Origin: Alistipes senegalensis JC50
Lineage (GTDB): Bacteria; Bacteroidota; Bacteroidia; Bacteroidales; Rikenellaceae
Direction of reading: 5' to 3'
Assembly: GCF_025145645.1 (NCBI RefSeq)
Contig: NZ_CP102252.1
Span: forward strand, 943,181-975,180
DNA length: 32,000 bases
How positions within the stretch are numbered: position 1 is the first letter of the stretch; every line of letters begins with the position of its first letter. Shown one piece after another: positions 28,884 through 32,000 of this stretch. The position numbers were made by a program, and so were the translations under genes. The notes beneath the pieces are model-generated. The model saw nothing but the letters and a program-made list of their open reading frames with translations, was not told the DNA's origin and searched no databases.

Positions 28884-30007
28884 AAAAAGCCCTCTTCATC
28901 GACCGCGACGGCACCGTCATCGCCGAACCCGCGGACGAACAGATCGACAGTCTCGAAAAACTCGCGTTCGTGCCCGGAGCCATCTCCGCGCTGAAAGCCC
29001 TCACGGGCCTCGGGTTCGACCTCGTGCTGGCCACCAACCAGGACGGGCTGGGCACCGCGTCCTTTCCCGAGGAGACCTTCTGGCCGGCGCACGAAAAGAT
29101 GCTCTCGACGCTGCGGGGCGAGGGCGTCGCGTTCGACGACCAGCTGATCGACCGCACTTTCCCGCACGACAACGCCCCCACGCGCAAGCCCGGAACCGGG
29201 ATGTTCGGCCGCTACACGGGCGGCGAATACGACCTCGCGGCGAGTTACGTCATCGGCGACCGCGTGACCGACATCCTGCTGGCCCGCAACCTCGGAGCCC
29301 GGGGCATCCTGCTGGCGCCCGCCGCCGAGGGGCTCCGGATGCTCGACGAAGCCGGGGCCGCCGACGCCTGCGCGCTGGTCACCGACTCGTGGGCCGAGAT
29401 CGCCGAGTTCATCCGCCGCGGCGAACGCCGGGTGGAGGTCCGGCGCGAGACCCGCGAGACGCAGATCACCGTCCGCCTCGACCTCGACGGCCGCGGCGAC
29501 TTCAACGGCGAGATCTCCACGGGCCTGCGCTTCCTCGACCACATGCTCGCGCAGATCGCCCACCACGGCGGCGTGTCGCTGGCCGTGGATGCCCGGGGCG
29601 ACCTCGACATCGACGAACACCACACGATGGAGGATGTGGCCATCACCCTGGGCGAGGCCATCGACCGCGCGCTGGGCACGAAGGCCGGAATCGCCCGCTA
29701 CGGCTTCGCCCTGCCGATGGACGACTGCCGGGCGCTGGTGCTCCTCGACTTCGGGGGCCGCATCGACTTCGAGTGGGACGCCGAATTCCGCCGCGAGCGG
29801 GTCGGCGACGTTCCGACGGAGATGTTCCGCCACTTCTTCCACTCGCTCGCGTGCGCCGCACGGTGCAACCTCCAGATCTCGGCCCGCGGCGACAACGACC
29901 ACCACAAGGCCGAAGCCATCTTCAAAGCCTTCGCCCGCGCCCTGCGCATGGCCGTCGGCCGGCAGGGCTTCGGATACGACATTCCCAGCAGCAAAGGAGT
30001 CCTATGA
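28880..30007 (+). CDS. hisB: Bifunctional histidinol-phosphatase / imidazoleglycerol-phosphate dehydratase
   Basis: ATG 28880 overlaps the hisC stop (ATGA). It has an N-terminal HAD motif FIDRDGTV and C-terminal IGPD motifs [12 protein letters not shown] and DEHHTMEDV. Confidence 0.95.
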   Translation: MKKALFIDRDGTVIAEPADEQIDSLEKLAFVPGAISALKALTGLGFDLVLATNQDGLGTASFPEETFWPAHEKMLSTLRGEGVAFDDQLIDRTFPHDNAPTRKPGTGMFGRYTGGEYDLAASYVIGDRVTDILLARNLGARGILLAPAAEGLRMLDEAGAADACALVTDSWAEIAEFIRRGERRVEVRRETRETQITVRLDLDGRGDFNGEISTGLRFLDHMLAQIAHHGGVSLAVDARGDLDIDEHHTMEDVAITLGEAIDRALGTKAGIARYGFALPMDDCRALVLLDFGGRIDFEWDAEFRRERVGDVPTEMFRHFFHSLACAARCNLQISARGDNDHHKAEAIFKAFARALRMAVGRQGFGYDIPSSKGVL

Positions 30008-30600
30008 TAGCGGTAGTCGATTACGATACGGGCAACCTGCGGTCGGTTGCCGACGCCCTGCACCGCGCCGGGGCCGAATTCATCCTCACGGCCGACCCCG
30101 CGCTGCTGCGCCGCGCCGACCGGGTGATCCTGCCGGGGGTCGGGGAGGCTTCGTCCGCGATGGCGAAACTCCGCGAACGGGGTCTCGACACCGTGATCCC
30201 CACGCTCACGCAGCCCGTGCTGGGCATCTGCATCGGCATGCAGCTGATGTGCCTGTCGAGCGAGGAGGGCGACGCCCGCTGCATGGGCATCTTCCCGACG
30301 CGGGTCCGGCGGCTTCCGACGCTCACCGCCGCGGGCGAGCGGCTCAAAGTCCCCCACGTGGGCTGGGACACGATCTCGGAGCTCCGCACCCCGCTGTTCG
30401 ACGGCATGGCCGAAAACACCTATGTATATTACGTCCACTCCTTCGCGGCGGAACCGTGTGCAGCGACCGTCGCCACGACCCGCTACGGAGTTCCGTTCAG
30501 CGCGGCGCTCGGCCGCGGCAACTTCTTCGGCACGCAGTTCCACCCCGAAAAGAGCGGGCGGGCGGGCGCGCTGATCTTACAGAATTTCCTAAACCTCTGA
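30004..30600 (+). CDS. hisH: Imidazole glycerol phosphate synthase, glutaminase subunit
   Basis: ATG 30004 overlaps the hisB stop (ATGA). It has GICIGMQ (nucleophile Cys) and FHPEKS. Confidence 0.95.
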   Translation: MIAVVDYDTGNLRSVADALHRAGAEFILTADPALLRRADRVILPGVGEASSAMAKLRERGLDTVIPTLTQPVLGICIGMQLMCLSSEEGDARCMGIFPTRVRRLPTLTAAGERLKVPHVGWDTISELRTPLFDGMAENTYVYYVHSFAAEPCAATVATTRYGVPFSAALGRGNFFGTQFHPEKSGRAGALILQNFLNL

Positions 30601-30604
30601 CACC

Positions 30605-31333
30605 ATGATCGAAATCATACCGGCAACGGACATCATCGACGGCCAGTGCGTGCGCCTGACGCAGGGCGACTACGCCAGCCGGAAAACCTACTACCGCGAC
30701 CCGCTCGAAGCGGCCCTGCGCTTCGAGGAGGCGGGCATCCGCCGCCTGCACATGGTCGATCTCGACGGCGCCAAAGCCTCCGAACCCCGCAACCTCGCGG
30801 TGCTGGAGCGCGTGGCGACGCGGACGGGGCTCGAAGTGCAGTACGGCGGCGGCATCAAGAGCCGCGAGGCGCTGCGCAGCGTCTTCGACGCCGGGGCCGG
30901 CCGTGCCATCTGCGGCAGCCTCGCCGTCCGCGAACCCGAACGCTTCGCCGAATGGCTCACGGAGTTCGGGCCCGAACGGCTGATCCTCGGGGCCGACATC
31001 CGCGACGGCTCGGTGGCCATCCAAGGCTGGCTGGAAAGTTCGGCGCTCACGGCTCCCGAACTGATCGGGCGCTTCCTTCCGCAGGGACTTGCGCAGGTCA
31101 TCTGCACCGACATTTCGCGCGACGGCATGCTGTGCGGCCCCTCGGCGGCCTTCTACGCCGAGTTGCAAAGCCGCTTCCCGGCCGTGGAGATCACCGTCAG
31201 CGGCGGCATCTCAGGCATGGACGACATCGGGGAGCTCGACCGGCAGGGCCTGCGAAGCGTCATCGTCGGCAAAGCCCTCTACGAAGGGCGCATCACCCTC
31301 AAAGAACTCGAACGATGCTTGCGAAACGCATAA
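30605..31333 (+). CDS. hisA: ProFAR isomerase
   Basis: 242 aa starting [23 protein letters not shown], ...[11 protein letters not shown]. Confidence 0.95.
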   Translation: MIEIIPATDIIDGQCVRLTQGDYASRKTYYRDPLEAALRFEEAGIRRLHMVDLDGAKASEPRNLAVLERVATRTGLEVQYGGGIKSREALRSVFDAGAGRAICGSLAVREPERFAEWLTEFGPERLILGADIRDGSVAIQGWLESSALTAPELIGRFLPQGLAQVICTDISRDGMLCGPSAAFYAELQSRFPAVEITVSGGISGMDDIGELDRQGLRSVIVGKALYEGRITLKELERCLRNA

Positions 31334-32000
31334 TCCCCTGCCTCGACATCCGCGACGGCCAGACCGTCAAGGGGATCAACTTCGTGGGGCTCAAACAGGT
31401 CGGCGACCCCGTGGAACTCGGCGCGAAATACGCCGCCGAGGGGGCCGACGAACTGGTCTACCTCGACATCAGCGCCTCGGAGGAGGGCCGCCGAACCTTC
31501 ACCGAGCTGGTTTCGCGCATCGCCGCACGCATCGACATCCCCTTCACCGTCGGGGGCGGCATCTCGTCGGTCGATGACGCCGGGCGGCTCCTCGACGCCG
31601 GGGCCGACAAGGTCACGCTCAACAGCGCCGCCGTAGCCGATCCCGCGCTGATCGACGCCATCGCGGCCAAATACGGTTCGCAGTTCGTCGTGGCGGCGAT
31701 CGACGCCCGGACGGTCGGGGGCCGCTGGGTCGTAACGACCCACGGCGGCAAACGCCCCACCGACCGCGAACTCTTCGCCTGGGCCCGCGAGGCCGCCGAC
31801 CGCGGTGCGGGCGAGATCCTCTTCACCTCGATGGACCACGACGGCACGAAGAACGGCTATCCGTGCGACACCTTCGCGCGGCTGGCCGAACTGCCCGTCC
31901 CGATCATCGCCTCGGGCGGCGCCGGCACGGTGGACCACATCGCCGACGTGCTGACCCTCGGCCGCGCCGACGCGGCATTGGCCGCCAGTATCTTCCACTA
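31315..32000 (+). CDS. hisF: Imidazole glycerol phosphate synthase, cyclase subunit (3' end outside window)
   Basis: This ORF is not in the ORF track because it has no stop in the window. My translation from ATG 31315 is [55 protein letters not shown]...TVGGGI...[13 protein letters not shown]...ASGGAG. It overlaps hisA by 19 nt. Confidence 0.93.
   Translation, partial: MLAKRIIPCLDIRDGQTVKGINFVGLKQVGDPVELGAKYAAEGADELVYLDISASEEGRRTFTELVSRIAARIDIPFTVGGGISSVDDAGRLLDAGADKVTLNSAAVADPALIDAIAAKYGSQFVVAAIDARTVGGRWVVTTHGGKRPTDRELFAWAREAADRGAGEILFTSMDHDGTKNGYPCDTFARLAELPVPIIASGGAGTVDHIADVLTLGRADAALAASIFH

Overview
This is a high-GC (about 60%+) chromosomal segment with Bacteroidota hallmarks. TAnnTTTG -7 boxes sit at the correct distance in front of at least ten genes, there are no Shine-Dalgarno sequences, and the gene order is Bacteroidales-like. 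An Alistipes/Rikenellaceae-like origin is inference only. The content is core housekeeping.

- Left part (+ strand): HU fragment, a class-I aminotransferase, a FadL-like outer-membrane protein, tRNA-Arg(CCT) and L-serine dehydratase. A convergent PAS-LuxR regulator follows, with a small divergent beta-barrel OMP.
- Middle (- strand, about 13.4 kb): a very compact translation/transcription supercluster, tRNA-Thr/Tyr/Gly, tuf, tRNA-Trp, secE, nusG, rplKAJL, rpoBC.
- After the supercluster: a RimJ/L-like GNAT, an AraC regulator, a coiled-coil lipoprotein, L31 type B, a tRNA(CAT), and an XRE-cupin regulator with an AMP-forming acyl-CoA synthetase.
- Right part (+ strand): hisGDCBHAF, with hisF running off the window.

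I found no mobile element, CRISPR array, defence genes or obvious horizontally acquired island, and no convincing novel multi-gene system.

The signals most worth a second look are RNA- or regulatory-level:
- A His-rich leader peptide (MTTFNHIHHHHHRFTEG) plus terminator, forming an attenuator in front of hisG.
- An unusually long (272 nt), multi-hairpin spacer inside the tRNA operon.
- Two tRNAs with compensated changes of normally invariant elbow/T-loop nucleotides.
- An AraC regulator with an N-terminal CX3CX2C motif.
- Two strong palindromes in divergent promoter regions.

The many long ORFs antisense to real genes in the ORF track are high-GC artefacts.
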